Of a stretch of 64,000 bases of DNA, positions 1 through 19,754 are shown in pieces (within the stretch, counting starts at the first letter, position 1; every line of letters starts with the position of its first letter). The translations under genes were made by a program, and so were the position numbers. The notes under the pieces were generated by a model. The model saw only the letters and a program-made list of their open reading frames with translations. It was not told the DNA's origin and did no database searches. The DNA comes from the human T2T-CHM13v2.0 reference genome, Homo sapiens, in the NCBI RefSeq assembly GCF_009914755.1, contig NC_060934.1; one strand, 5' to 3'.

Positions 1-74
1 ATCTTTATGCAGCCTAAAGGGGGTCAAAGGACTTCATGCATGTGACTGCCTTTCCAAACACCAAATGGAAAAAA

Positions 75-328
75 TTTTAACAAAATACTATCATGGAAAA
101 ATTAAAACTCAACAGATAGTCTCAGCAGAAGAATGGAAATGACAGAGGAAAAAGACGGCAAACTTGAAGAAGGACCAACAGAAATTATCCAACCTAAACA
201 GAGACAGAAAAAGACTGAAAAAATGACAGCTTCAGGGACTCATAGGACAACATCAAAATGTCTAATATTCATGCTACCAGAGTCCCAGAAGAAGCGAAGA
301 AAGCGTATGATGCAAAAAGAAGCATTTG
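75..328 (+). mobile_element. Ancient L1M ORF1-region relic (host of the L1PA insertion)
   Basis: Degenerate A-rich L1 ORF1-like sequence; reads through into 4482 once the L1PA and one TSD copy are removed. Confidence 0.65.
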
Positions 329-416
329 GGAGCGACGCAGAAGACGGGTGATTTCTGCATTTCCATCTGAGGTACCGGGTTCATCTCACTAGGGAGTGCC
401 AGACAGTGGGTGCAGG

Positions 417-722
417 TCAGTGGGTGCACGCACCGTGCGCGAGCCGAAGCAGGGCGAGGCATTGCCTCACTTGGGAAGCGCAAGGGCTCAGGGAGTTCCC
501 TTTCCTAATCAAAGAAAGGGGTGACGGACGGCACCTGGAGAATCGGGTCACTCCCACTCGAATACTGCGCTTTTCCGAGGGGCTTAAAAAACGGCACACC
601 ACGAGATTATATCCTGAACCTGGCTCGGAGGGTCCTACCCCACGGAGTCTCTGATTGCTAGCACAGCAGTCTGAGATCAAACTGCAAGGCGGCAGCGAGG
701 CTGGGGGAGGGGCGCCCACCAC
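417..722 (-). pseudogene. L1 antisense ORF0 relic (ATG changed to GTG)
   Basis: Translation GAPPPASLPPCSLISDCCASNQR...GVGPSEPG...RVGVTRFSRC matches primate L1 ORF0; first codon (722-720) is GTG. Confidence 0.75.
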
Positions 723-793
723 TGCCCAGGCTTGCTTAGGTAAACAAAGCAGCTGGGAAGCTCGAACTGGATGGAGCCCACCACAGCTCTATT

Positions 794-4215
<3,422 letters not shown>

Positions 4216-4481
4216 ACAATGAGATCACATGGACACAGGAAAGGGAACATCACACTCTGGGGACTGTTGTGGGGTGGGGGGAGGGGGAAGGGATAGCATT
4301 GGGAGATATACCTAATTCTAGATGATGAGTTAGTGGGTGCAGCACACCAGCATGGCACATGTATACATATGTAACTAACCTGCACAATGTGCACATGTAC
4401 CCTAAAACTTAAAGTATAATAATAAAAAATAAATAAATAAATAAAAGAAAAAAGAAAAAAGAAAAAAAAAAGAAGCATTTG

Positions 4482-4949
4482 AAGAAATGATGGCTGAAAA
4501 ATTCCATTTGACAAAAATCTAAATCTCAGTGTCTTCTGAGGTTTAGAAAGTGCAGTGAACTCAAAATATGATAAGCCTAAAGAAATGTACACTCAGACAC
4601 ATCATAACTAAACAGCTGAAAACAAAGACAAAAAATTTGAAAGCAACCAGGGTAAAATGACGTATTACTTATAGGGTAACAAGCTTTCAAATGACAGTCC
4701 ATTTATCCTCAGAAACCATGGAAGCCAGAAGGAAATGGAACATTTTTAATGTGCTGAAGAAAAGGGTTGTCATCCTAGAATTCTATATCCAGTGAAAAAT
4801 ATCTGTCAAAAATGAAGATGAAATAAAGACATTCTCAGATGAAGCAAAACTGAGAGAATTCATTGCCCACAAACCTGTTCCTGAAGAAGTGATAATGGGA
4901 GTTCCTGAAGCAGAAGGAAATAACATTAGAAAGAATCTGGACCATCACC
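4482..4949 (+). mobile_element. Ancient L1M ORF1 relic (continuation)
   Basis: CCTAGAATTCTATATCCAG...GAAATAAAGACATTCTCAGAT, typical of the L1M ORF1 C-terminal region. Confidence 0.75.
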
Positions 4950-6230
<1,281 letters not shown>

Positions 6231-6250
<20 letters not shown>

Positions 6251-6972
6251 TAAACGAGTCTTCTCTTGTGTTCTCTAAGATGTCTGGCCTGGATAAGAGG
6301 GGTTACTGTAAACTAGTCTTCTCTTGCCTTCTCTAAGACGTCTGGCCTGGATGAGAGGGCTACTGTAAACTAGTCTTCTCCTGTGCTCTCTAAAATGTCT
6401 GGCCTGGATGAGAGGGTTACTGTAAAGTAGTCTTCTCCTGTGTTCTCTAAGATGTCTGGCCTGGATGAGGGGTTACTGTAAACTAGTCTTCTCCTGTGTT
6501 CTCTAAAATGTCTGGCCTGGATAAGAGGGCTACCGTAAACTAGTCTTCTCCTATGTTCTCTAATATGTTTGGCCTGGATGAGAGGGTTACTGTAAACTAG
6601 TCTTCTCTTGCATTCTCTAAGATGTTTGGCCTGGATGAGAGGGCTACTGTAAACTAGTCTTCTCCTATGTTCTCTAACATGTTTGGCCTGGATGAGAGGG
6701 TTACTGTAAACTAGTCTTCTCTTGCGTTCTCTAAGATGTTTGGCCTGGATGAGAGGGTTACTGTAAACTAGTCTTCTCCTGTGTTCTCTAAAATGTCTGG
6801 CCTGGATGAGAGGGTTACTGTAAACTAGTCTTCTCTTGCGTTCTCTAAGACGTTTGGCCTGGATGAGAGGGTTACTGTAAACTAGTCTTCTCTTGTGTTC
6901 TCTAAGATGTTTGACCTGGATGAGAGGGGCTACTGTAAACTAGTCTTCTCTTGCATTCTCTAAAATGTTTGG
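6231..6972. repeat. 57-bp VNTR, ~13 copies
   Basis: Unit CCTGGATGAGAGGGTTACTGTAAACTAGTCTTCTCTTGCGTTCTCTAAGATGTTTGG. Confidence 0.95.
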
Positions 6973-7530
6973 CAGTTGAAAGCAAAAATTACAGCATTGT
7001 CTGATTTGTTTTTTCAAGGTATGTAGATGTAACATACAAGATAAATATAACATAAAGGAGAAGGAGTGAAGTGCCGTATGTAGTAATGAACTTTCTGCAT
7101 TCCATTTAAAGTGTTAAAATGGTGATTTTAACTTGACTGTGAAAAGCTAAATGTGCACATTCTAGTTCCCAGAGCAGTCCTTAAAAAACTGTACAAGGAG
7201 GTGGAGTTTAAGAATCACAATAAATTAAAATGGAATATTTAAAGTGTTCAAATAATAAGAAAGATGAAAAGGGGAAACAGGTGAATAGAGAATAGGGAAC
7301 AGCAGAAAACGACGAATGAAATCATGGTCTTAAATCCAAATGTACCAATAATTACACTAAATGTAAATCATCTAAGTACACCAATGAAAAGAGGGATTGT
7401 CAGAATACCTAAAAATGACCTAATCATATTCTACCTACAATAAATTGACTTTGAATGTAGTGATATAGGCAGTTAAAAGGTAAAAGGATAGAAAAAGATA
7501 CACCATGCAAATTCTAACCAAAAGAAAGCC
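6973..7530 (+). mobile_element. Ancient L1M relic (inter-ORF region and ORF2 start)
   Basis: GTTGAAAGCAAAAATTA...; AATAATTACACTAAATGTAAAT...AAAAGATACACCATGCAAA. Confidence 0.7.
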
Positions 7531-7644
7531 TGGAAGTGTCATCAGCAAGGTGGTGGATAGGCAGCTCCAGGCACTTGCTGCCCCAAGGGAGCCCTGGAAA
7601 GCCAGGAAAAAGTGTAAGAACCAACGCTAGGAACTCGGACTCAG

Positions 7645-7815
7645 GCTGCACTCCTTTATCACCAGCTTTCCTGGTTCTCTGACTTGCAAATGGTGGACTT
7701 CTCAGCCTCCATGTTCACAGGAGCCAATTCCCATAATAAATCTCTCTCTATAGATGTAGATTTAGATATGGATAGCTATCCTCCTGGTTATGTTTCCCAG
7801 GATAACCCTAATACA
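7645..7815 (+). mobile_element. MLT2 (ERVL) LTR 3' fragment
   Basis: GGACTTCTCAGCCTCCAT...AGCCAATTCCCATAATAAATCTCTCTCT...AACCCTAATACA. Confidence 0.7.
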
Positions 7816-8195
7816 CATAAAAAGGATGGAAATTCTGACACACACTACAACATGGATGAAACTTGAAGACATTGTGCTAACCGAAATAAACCAGACAAAA
7901 AAGACAAAAAGACAAATACTGTATGATTCCACTTAGAAGAGGCACCTAAAGTAGTCAAAGTAATAGGTTCAGAAAGCAGAATGGCGTAACTAGGAGCTGG
8001 GGACAGAGAGGAATGGGAAGTTACTGTTTGATAGGTACAGAGTTTCAGTTTTACAAGATGACAAGAGCTGTGGAGATGAATATTGGTGGTGGTTGCAAAA
8101 CAACGGATGTATTTAAAGCCACAAAACTGTGGTTAACATGGTAAATTTTATGTTATATGTATTTCGCCACAGTTTTTTTAATTAAAAATAAATAT
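7816..8195 (+). mobile_element. L1MB 3' end
   Basis: ACAACATGGATGAAACTTGAAGACATT...GGTAAATTTTATGTTATATGTATTT, followed by an A-rich end. Confidence 0.8.
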
Positions 8196-8879
8196 TTATA
8201 GTCTCAGCATCTTCAAATATCCCGCAAATATTTCCAAGTTTCATCCTCGATTTCTTATCCTACCTGAGTCAAACATCTTCACCTTCCCAAGATTTTTTAT
8301 ATCAAGTGCTAATAAGAGGCCCCTAATCTCTGGCATGCACTTGATTTTTTTGGAGCCAGGCTGAATAATAGTATATAAGACTCATTGAATCAAGGAATAT
8401 GGGGTTTGCAATTTTCTGTTCCCAGGCTATCTGTGCAAAACTCAGCAAAATTAGTAATGAATGAAGTAATGTTAAAAAGCAATCTCTTTAAAAGTCCGAA
8501 GCAAGACAAAGATGCCTAGTAGGCAGGCTCCTATTCAGCATTGTTGAGACCCTTATCATTGCACTGAAACAAGAAAAAGCCATACAAAGTATAATTCTGT
8601 GAAGGAAAAGACAAAACTGTCATGTATAGCTGTTATGGTAGTTTCATAAAGATTCTCCAAAATACATAGACAAACGGTCAAAATTATTTAAAATTGTCAT
8701 ATTTGCTAGGTATAAAACAAATATGCAAAATTCAATTGCATGTCTGTATACTAACAATAAATAGAAAATGTAATTTGTTTAAAATGTCATTTATAAAGGA
8801 AACAATAAAATGAAGAGACAACCTACAAATGAGGATAGAATATTTACAAACCATATATCTGATAAGGGCTTAATACTCA

Positions 8880-9303
<424 letters not shown>

Positions 9304-9562
9304 TTAAATGCTCAACATTTCTAGTCATCAGGGAAATAAATTAAAACCACAATAAGGTATCACCTCACACTTATTTGAATGGCTATTATTTTAAAAAGAT
9401 GAATGATAACAAGTGTTGGTGAGGATGTGTAGCAAGGGAAACCTTGTACACTGCTGGTGGGACTGTAAATTAGTACAGCCTCTATGGAGAAGAGAATGGA
9501 GGTTCCTCAAAAAACTGAAAATAGAACTACCATGCAATCCAGCAATCCCACCTTTAGGTATA

Positions 9563-9690
9563 CAGTCGACCCTCGACGTATGATGGCATCACTGGGACAG
9601 AGCCCCAATAATACTGAATGTGCATCACTTCTGCACCATCGTCATGTTGAAAGATTGTAAGTCAAACCATTACAAGTCAGGAGCCATCTG
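9563..9690 (+). mobile_element. Short MER47-family (Tigger5-derived) element
   Basis: TA-flanked; 3' end GCACCATCGTCATGTTGAAAGATTGTAAGTCAAACCATTACAAGTCAGGAGCCATCTG; interrupts L1 at GGTA|TA. Confidence 0.65.
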
Positions 9691-10366
9691 TAGAGCCACA
9701 GGAATTAAAATCAGCACGTCAAAGAGACGTCTGCACTCCCAGGTTCATCCGCAGCACCATTCACAGTAGCTGAAATGCAGAAGCAACCTCAGCACCCATC
9801 GACGGATGAAGGATAAAGAGAACGTTGTGCATACGCAAAATGGAATACTATTCAGCCTTAAAAAAGAAGGAAATTCTGTTGTTCTCAAAAACACAGATGA
9901 ATCTGGAAGACATTATGCTACTTTGAATAGGTCAGGCACAGAAACACAAATACTGCATGATCTCACTTACGTGTGGAATCTTCAAAAGTCAATCCCACAG
10001 AGAAACAGAGAGTGGAATGGTGGTTACCAGAGGCTGAGGGGTGAAGTAGGGAAGGAGAAGGATGGGGAAAAGGGAAATGCTGATCAAAGGGTACAACATT
10101 TCAGTGAGGCAGGAGGAATGAGTTTTAGTGATCCACTGCACTGCACGGTGACCACAGTTAATAATAATGTATGCTTCGAAATTGCTAAAAGAATAGGCTT
10201 TAAGCATTCTCACAGTAAAAAAGAATGATGAGTTGGTGAGGTGGTGGATATGTTAATTAGCTTGATTGAGTCTTTCTACAATGTATACATAGATCAAACC
10301 ATCACACTATACCCCATAAATGCACACAATTATTATCTGTCAATTAAAAATAGATAAATAAATAAG

Positions 10367-10660
10367 TCTGGGAATGGTGGCTCACACCTATAATTGCAGC
10401 ATTTTGGCAGTTCCAAGTGCGAGGACTATTTGAGGTCAGGAGTTCGAAATCAGCCTGGGCAACATAGTGAGACGCTGTCTCAATAATAATAATAAGCTGG
10501 GTGTGGTGGTGCACACCTGTAGTTCTAGCTACTTGGGAGGCTGAGGTGGGAGGATCACTGGAGCCCATGAGCTTGAGAGTTCAAGGCTGCAGTGAGCTAT
10601 TATCATGCCACTGCACTCCAGTCTGGATGACGGAGCAACAATCTGTCTTTAAAACTAAAT
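10367..10660 (+). mobile_element. AluJ
   Basis: GGAGGATCACTGGAGCCC...AAGGCTGCAGTGAGCTAT, AluJ diagnostics. Confidence 0.85.
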
Positions 10661-11109
10661 ACACGAGCAAATTGAAAATACATTAAAAACGTGAAGACGA
10701 AAGTTTTAGAGAAAAACAGATACACCTCAAAAATATCTTGCTTTTGTGTTTTTTACCTAATTTGAAAGTAAAGGCATTGCAAATGTGCACTGTGGTAACT
10801 GCCAGGGCACAAGCAACTGTCACTTCTGGCAATCGACTTCCTATACCGTAACATCAAACAAAATTTTGATACTAAAATTTTAATAACAAAATTGAAATAT
10901 TTTGCATAAAATAAAAATTCTAATAAAATTTAATATTTATTCTTGTGTTTCAGACATTTATTTAGTTTTCTGATATTCAGCCTCGGTCACAGCTTTGGCC
11001 AAACATCTCTTTAGCCCCCTGGCCATTTGGTATTTAGCAAAAAATGAAAAAGACTGTGGAGATGTACCTCTGGCAACTCTGTATATATCTAACAAATTAT
11101 TTGCAAGAC

Positions 11110-12020
11110 CAGTACAGAGAAAATTTTGAAACTTTCTGAAGACCACTAAAGGATACTCTAAAATAGATAAATACGTTCATGGCTAGGAAGATTGAAGATC
11201 GCAAACATGCTGCTTTCTCCCAAATTGATATATGGGTTGAGAGTGATTTCAATCAAAATCACAAAAGGGATTTTGTGGAATTGGATGAATTCTAAAATTC
11301 CCGTTGAAAGGCAAAGAACCAAAAGTAGCTAAGACACTCCTGAAGGGGTGTGTGGTGGGGACCTGCCCAATATCTAGAGTGCGGCGGGGACGTGCCCAAT
11401 TCTAGAGTGCGGCGGGGACCTGCCCAATATCTGGAGTGCGGCGGGGACCTGCCCAATATCTGGAGTGCGGCGGGGACCTGCCCAATATCTGGAGTGCGGC
11501 GGGGACCTGCCCAATATCTGGAGTGTGGCGGGGACCTGCCCAATATCTGGAGTGTGGCGGGGACCTGCCCAATATCTGGAGTGTGGCGGGGACCTGCCCA
11601 ATATCTGGAGTGTGGCGGGGACCTGCCCAATATCTGGAGTGTGGCGGGGACCTGCCCAATATCTGGAGTGTGGCGGGGACCTGCCCAATATCTGGAGTGT
11701 GGCGGGGACCTGCCCAATATCTGGAGTGTGGCGGGGACCTGCCCAATATCTGGAGTGTGGCGGGGACCTGCCCAATATCTGGAGTGTGGCGGGGACCTGC
11801 CCAATATCTGGAGTGTGGCGGGGACCTGCCCAATATCTGGAGTGTGGCGGGGACCTGCCCAATATCTGGAGTGTGGTGGGGACCTGCCCAATATCTAGAT
11901 TTGTCAAGTTATAAGGACCAACTAGTGTGGTGTTGGCTCAGGACAGACCAAGGGGACAGAAAGAGCCCAGGAATAGACCCAAACATATTTGTAAATTTAA
12001 ATGTTTGTGATTTATACATA
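11110..12020 (+). mobile_element. L1ME-type ORF2 relic hosting the 29-bp VNTR
   Basis: TTCTCCCAAATTGATATAT...AATCAAAATC...; after the VNTR, GTGTGGTGTTGGC...AGAGCCCAGGAATAGACCCA. Confidence 0.65.
11348..11898. repeat. 29-bp VNTR, ~19 copies
   Basis: Unit GGAGTGTGGCGGGGACCTGCCCAATATCT; copies nearly identical. Confidence 0.95.
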
Positions 12021-12111
12021 TAAATATCTGATGAATAGGATACAAAATGTGAAATCATCTGAGTAATAAAAAATACAGAAATGTAATTGGCATATTAAAG
12101 AATCAGCCGCC

Positions 12112-12463
<352 letters not shown>

Positions 12464-15400
12464 TTACCTTATTTCACCTCTCACATAATGGGGATTTGTT
12501 TCCCCCTCCGTGACTACCATCCCACAAGTAAAATTCTCCCTTTCATACCTCTGAGAGTCCTAGTAACTGCCTGTTACCAAAACATTGCACCACGCAGGAT
12601 GGGTGATCTCCTGCTTTGCATTTTGAGTGAACACATTGTTAGCAGCATTCTGAATTTGTGTTGCCGACCTTTGCCGCGGGATATTGGCAGGTTTTACAGC
12701 TCAAGCCAGGCAAAACAGTCCTTTCTAAAACAAGAGAAAAACTGACCAGCGTATCAGTCAAAGCTTTCAATAGCTGAAAAGTTAATTAAAAGGTGACATT
12801 TGTGAGAGTCTAGAGTTAATTGTTTTGGTCTGTGACTCTTTTTTTTTTTTTAAACTCTTCCCACTCTGGCATCCACTCGATGCATCTTTGGCTAATCGCA
12901 GCCAGTCAGGTGTCCACCTGCACGTTGCTGTTGCCCTCCAGACAGCCACGCATTCCTCTGTCTTCTCCCAGTGAGATCCTGAACTCCTCAAGCACGCAGA
13001 CCATGGCCTCTATCTCCTTTGTGTACACTGCAATGTCTGGCATGGTTGAGGAGTGGAATTGACTCTACAGAGAAGTTTTGCAAAATAATTAGGGTAAGAA
13101 AGACAGAAGTGGGGAGGATGGTAGATGAAGGGGTTCATGAGTAAAGAGCTGAGAGAGATGGTCTCAGACTTTAGTGATGTGGAAACTGAAAAAAGGAAAA
13201 TCAGATTGTAAAATAGTATGTACAATATCATCTTATTTTTATTAAAAAAAAAAGGTACTGGGGAGAGGGGCTCCAAGAGGGCTAACTAGAGGCATTAGTT
13301 ATTTGCCTCCTTCACTAAGAAGAAGCAAAATAGTAACTCATCACATTCTGAGTAGATTGTCCAAGAGGGAACACTGGAATTCATCAGAAAAGTGGCAGGA
13401 CACTCCTAAAGCAAGGAAGAGAGGGGAGCAAGGCTGCTGCTGCCCCAGGACTGTGGGGGCTGGGACAGACCCCCTAGTGCAGGGAAAGGTGAAGGAGGGA
13501 CCTTCAGCAGCCTACATTCCCACCGTGGACTCCTGCAGTCTCAGCCAGGAGAGCCCCTTTGACCACCCAGGTCCTGACCTGACAGGGTGCTGCCAGGAGA
13601 TTGTGCGATGGCACTGCCCGAGGGAGGGAGTCTCGGGGGTCCCACACACTCCCTGAGACCTAAGCAGCTACAGCAAGGTGCTGCGCTGGAGTCCCACCCC
13701 CAGTGGACTGAAGCAGTGTCCTGGGGCTCAATGGCGCCAGGCTGAGGCATGAGCGAGGCGCGGGCTGCCACAGCTTGGACTGAGGTGCAGGTGCTGCCAG
13801 GACTGAGGTGTACATGGCACGTGCATTCTCCACCCACCTGCCTAAGCTTCCACCAGTGAAGGGGGTCCTACTCTCCCCAGTGGAAGGCAACAGCATGGTC
13901 GCCACTGCCCCCAAACCAAGCATTCCGTGGGGGGTGCTGGGGATGACCCTGCCCCAGACTACCGTAGCTGCCGCCTGCACACATCACTGGGGGGCCTGAG
14001 CACAAGCCTGCCTGGCCGTCTGTGCCCTCACCCCATGCCAGAGCATGAAGTCTGGGTGCCAGGCAATTGCCCATCCCAGTCCATCACTGTCAGCACCTAA
14101 ATACTTCTCCTGGGGTCTTGAGGTTGGGCCCACCCACCCTGCTGCTACTACCACAGCTGGTGCCTACCTGCCTGTACCACCTGCGGGCCTAGACACTGGC
14201 CTGCCCAGCCCATTGCAGCCACCACCAGCACCAGCATGCACTGCTTGGGACCCAGAGGGCCGTCCTGCCACTGTCATCACCCATGCCATGCTGGCTGACC
14301 AGGGGCCCAAGAACCACCCACTTACCTGGTCCACCACCACCACTACTGGCATCCAAATAAGCTACCTGGAAGCCCCAAATTGCCCACCAGGACCTGCTAC
14401 CACCAGTGCCAGGATACGCCCCCTTGGGTCCCAAGGACAGGCATGGTCAGTCCCCCACTGCCACCACTGGGGCCTGAAGACTGGCCCCACCTGGGATTCC
14501 AGTCCCCAGCAAAGCCTCACCACAGCCTCCACTAATAACCACACCCTAAGCCACAAAGGAAATCACAGACACCACCGATGTTGTTTACAACTAAAGAGGA
14601 AATATGGAGACGACACTACTGCATGCACCCAGAATCAAAGCCAAAGGGCCCTATCCAATCAGCACCATAGATACATTTTCAGGAAAAATCCTCCCCTATG
14701 AAACCACACTCAACGAATGGGAAGAAGTGACTATTAGAGCAGATTTGCAGATATCAACATAAGGAAATGTGAAACAGAATAAAGGAAGGAAATATGACAC
14801 CTCCAAAGGAACATCATAATTCTCCAGCAATAGACCCCAACAAAAAACAAACTTACAAAATCCTGGAAAAAGAATTTAAAATATAGATTTTTAAAGTGGC
14901 TCAGTGGGATACAAGAGAAAAATAAAAAACAATGCAAAGAAATCAGAAAAAACAATCCAGCACGTGAATGAGAAATTTACCAAAGAGATAACATCATGAA
15001 AAAGAACCAAACAGAAATTATGGAGGTGAAGAACTTACTAAATGAAATACAAAACATATTTGAAAGCTTCAACAATTAACTAGATAGATCAGTAGAATCT
15101 CAGAACTTGAAGACAAATCTTTTGAAATCACCCAGTCAGACAAAAATAAAGAAAAAAGAATTTAAAAGAATGAGCAGAGCTTTTGTGACATACGGGACAC
15201 ATAAAGTGGCCAAATATTTATCAGTATCCCAGAGGCAAAGAGAGAACAAAAGGTTTAGAAAATCTATTTAATGAAATAATAAGTGAAAACTTCCCAAGCC
15301 TAGCAAGAGTTTAGACATCTAGATACAGGAGGCTCAGAGATCCCCAAACAGATACAATGCAAAAAGATCTTCTCCATGGCACATTATAGTCAAATTGTTC

Positions 15401-17931
15401 AAAGATAAAGTGAAAATTCTAAAAGAGCAAGAGAACAGAATCTAGTCATCTACAAAGGAACCCCCAGCAGACTAACAGTGGGTTTCTCAGTAGAAACCTT
15501 ACAGGCCAGGAGAGAATAAGATTCTATATTCATATTCAAAATACTGAAAGAAAAAAAAACCCTGCTATCTAAGGATAGTATACCCAGCAAAATTATCTTC
15601 AATAAGTAAAGGAGAAATAAAGTCTTTCCTATATAAACACTGGGGAAATTCATCACCACTAGAATGGCCCTACAAGAAATGCTCAAGGGAGTCCTACCTA
15701 GAAGTGAAAAGAGGACATTTACCATCATAAAAACACAGGAAAATATAAGACTTACCAGTAAAGCAAACACATAAATGAGGAAGAGAAAGAACTCAAATGG
15801 TATGACCAAACCACAACCCATAAAACCCACCAAACCACAACAACCCATAAGATAAAAAGAAAGGAAAAATGAATACAAACCAGAAAACAACTAACAACAT
15901 GACAGGAACAAAACCTCACACATCAATAATAACCTTGAATATAAATGGATTAAATTCTCCACTTGAAAGGCATAGACTTGTTGAATGGATAAAAAGCATG
16001 ATCCAACTATATGCTGCTTATAAGAAATGCACTTTACAGGTATTGCACATATGGACTGCACTTTAAACAAATAGACTGAAAGTAAAGGAATGTAAAAGAT
16101 ATTCCATGCAAACAAAAACCCAAAACAAGCAGAAATAGCTACACTTATGTCAGATAAAACAGAAGACTTTAAGTCAAAAGCAGTAAAAAAGGGCAAAGAC
16201 GGTCATTATAAAATGATAAAAAAAATCAATCCAGCAAGATGATATAATAAGACTAAATATGTAGGCACTCAATACTGGAGCACCCAAATTTATAAAGCAA
16301 ATATTACTAGATCTAAAGAGAGAGACTCCAATACAATAATAGTGGGGGACTTCAACACCTTACTCAGCATTATACAGACCCTCTAGACAGAGAGTCAACA
16401 AAGAAGTGTTGTATTTAAACTGGACTTGAGACCAAATGGGACTTAAGAGACATCTACAGAACATTTTATTCGACAACTGCAGAATACACATTCTCATCTC
16501 CACGTGGAACATTTTCCAGGACAGACCATATGTTAGGTCACAAAATAAGTCTCAGTGAATTATTTAAAAAATCAAAATCATATCAAGTATTTTCTCAGAC
16601 CAAAAATGGAATAAAATTAAAACTCAATATCAAGAGGAAGTTTAAAAACTGTAAAGATACAGAGAAATTAAACAACATGCTCCTGAATGACCTCTGGGCC
16701 AATAAAGAAGATGGACATTTAAAAAATGTATTGAAACAAATGGAAATGGAAATACAACCTACCCAATTCTGTGGATACTGCAAAACCAGTGCTCAGGGAA
16801 GATCACAGCAATAAACTCTGACATGAGAAAAGTAGAAAGATTTCAAATATACAACCTAACAATGAACCACAAGCAATTAGAAAGGTGAAAACATTCCAAA
16901 CCCCAAATTAGCAGAAGGAAAAATAATAAAGATCAGAGCAGAACTTTACGAAATAGAGATGAAGAAACGATATTAAGGATAAATGAAATGAAAAGTTGTT
17001 TCTTCAAAAAGATAAACAAAATTGATATACCACTAGCTAGACTAACCAAAAAAAGACAGAAGACCCAAGTAAACAAAATCAGAAATGAAAAAGGAGATGT
17101 TACAACTAATATATCACAGATATACAAAAGATCAGACTTTTGTGAACAACTATATTAACAAACTGAAAAATCTTGAAGAAATGAATAAATTCCTGGACAT
17201 GTACAACCTATGAAGATTGAATCAGGAAGAAACAGAAAACTTTAACAGACCAATAATGAGTAGTGAGATTGAATCAGTATTAAAAGGTCTACCAAAAAAG
17301 AAAAGCTCAGGACCAGATGGATTCCCTGTCATATCTACCAAATGTGTAAAGAAGAACTAGTACCAATACTCCTCAAATGATTCCAAAACATTAAAAAGGA
17401 GGGAATTCTCCCTAACTTATTCTACAAGGCCAGCATTACCCTGGTAGCAAAACCAGACAAGGACACAATTAAAAAAAGAAAACTATAGGCCAATATCCCT
17501 GATGAACATAGATGTAAAAATCTTCCACAAAATACTATCAAACTGAATTCATCAGTACATCAAAAAGATTATACACTATGATCAAGTAGGATTTAACCCA
17601 GGGATGCAAGGATGGTTCAACATACACAAGTCAGTAAATGTGATACATCAAATCAAAAGAATGAAAGACAAAAAAAAAAAAAAAACAACACACGATCATC
17701 TCAATAGATGCAGAAAAAGCATTTGATAAAATTCAATATTCCTTTATGAGAAAAACTGTCAACAAATTAGGCATAGAAGGGACATATCTCAAAATTAAAA
17801 GGCCATATATGACCAGCCCACAGCTAACATCATACTGAATGGGAAAAAATGAAAGCCTTTCCTCTAGTACTGTAACAAGACAAGGATGCCCACTTTCATC
17901 ACTCCTATTCAACATAGTACTGGAATTCCTA

Positions 17932-18273
<342 letters not shown>

Positions 18274-19574
18274 TCCAAATTGGAAAGGAGGAAATCAAAT
18301 TGCCCCTTTTTGCAGATGACATGACCTCGTATCTAGAAAAACCAAGAGACTCCACCAAAAAACTCTTAGAACTGATAAACAAATTAAGTTATAGCATACA
18401 AAAATCAACATAAAAATCAGTGGCATTTCTATACGCCAATAACAATATAGTCAAAAAAGAAATCCAGAAGACAATCCCATTATGATAGCTACAAAAAATA
18501 ATAAAATACCTAGGAATAAATTTAATCAAGGAGGTAAAACATCTCTCCAAGGAAAACTACTAAATACTGATGAAAGAAATTGAAGAAGACATAAAAATTG
18601 GAAAGCCATTGCCTGCACATGAATTGAAAGAATATCATTAAAATAACCATGATTCCCTAATCTACAGATTCCATGTAATCCCTGTCAAAATACCAGTGTC
18701 ATTTTTCACAGAAATAGAAAAAGCAATCCTAAAATTTACATGAAACCAAAAAAGACCCAGAATTGCCAAAGTAATCCTAGCAAAAGGAGCAAAGCTGGAG
18801 GCATCACATTACCTGACTTCAAAATACATTACAAGGATATAGTAATCAAAACAGGATGGTATTAGTATAAAAGTAAATATGTAGACCAATGGAACAGAAT
18901 AGAGAGCCCAGAAATAAATGCACCTATTTACAACCAACTGATCTTTGACAATGTATCAAGAAGATACACTGGGCAAAGGATACCCTCTTCAATAAATGGT
19001 CCTGGGAAAACTGGATGACCATATGAAGAACAACACTGGACCTTTATCTCTCACCATATACAAAAATCAACTCAAGATAAATTAAAGACTTAAACATAAG
19101 ATCTGAAACTATAAAACTACCAGAAGAAAACATAGGGGAAACACTTCAGGACATTGATCTAGGCACAGATTTTATGGTAAAGACCTTAAAAGCACAGGCA
19201 ACAAAAACAAAAATAGGACTATATTAAATAAAAAGCTTCTGCATAGCAAAGGAAACAATCAAGAGTGAAGAGACAACCAGCTGAATAGGAGAAAATGTTA
19301 GCAAATTATTCATCCAACAGGGGACTAACATCCAGAATATATAAGGAAGGAATTCAAACAACTCAACAGTAAAAACACAAGTAATCCAATTAAAAAAAAA
19401 TAAATGGTCAAAGGAGAATAGACACTTCTCAAAAGAAGACATAAAAATGGCCAACACATATATGAAAAAATGTTCCACATCACTTATCACCAGGGAAATG
19501 CAGATCAAACCCACAATGAGATATCATCTTACCTCACTTATAATGGCTATTACTAAAAAGAAAAAAAAAATAAC

Positions 19575-19754
19575 AGATGTTGGTGAGTATATGGAGAAGG
19601 GGGAAATCTTACACACTGTTGGTGGGAATGTAAGTTAGTTTAGCAACTAGGAAGAACAGCATGAAGATGTTGGTGAGTATATGGAGAAAGGGGAACTCTT
19701 ACACACTGTTGGTGGGAATGTAAGTTAGTTTAGGAACTATGGAGAATAGCATGG
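19575..19754. repeat. 90-bp tandem duplication within L1 ORF2 relic
   Basis: AGATGTTGGTGAGTATATGGAGAA... starts at 19575 and again at 19665. Confidence 0.9.

Noticed and set aside
10735-11085. AT-rich segment ending TGGCAACTCTG, resembling a hAT transposon end
   Set aside because: I could not identify the matching terminus, TSD or family with confidence.
11292-12023. 143-199 aa ORFs in all six frames
   Set aside because: Produced by a stop-free 29-bp repeat; periodic peptides and no splice or start context.
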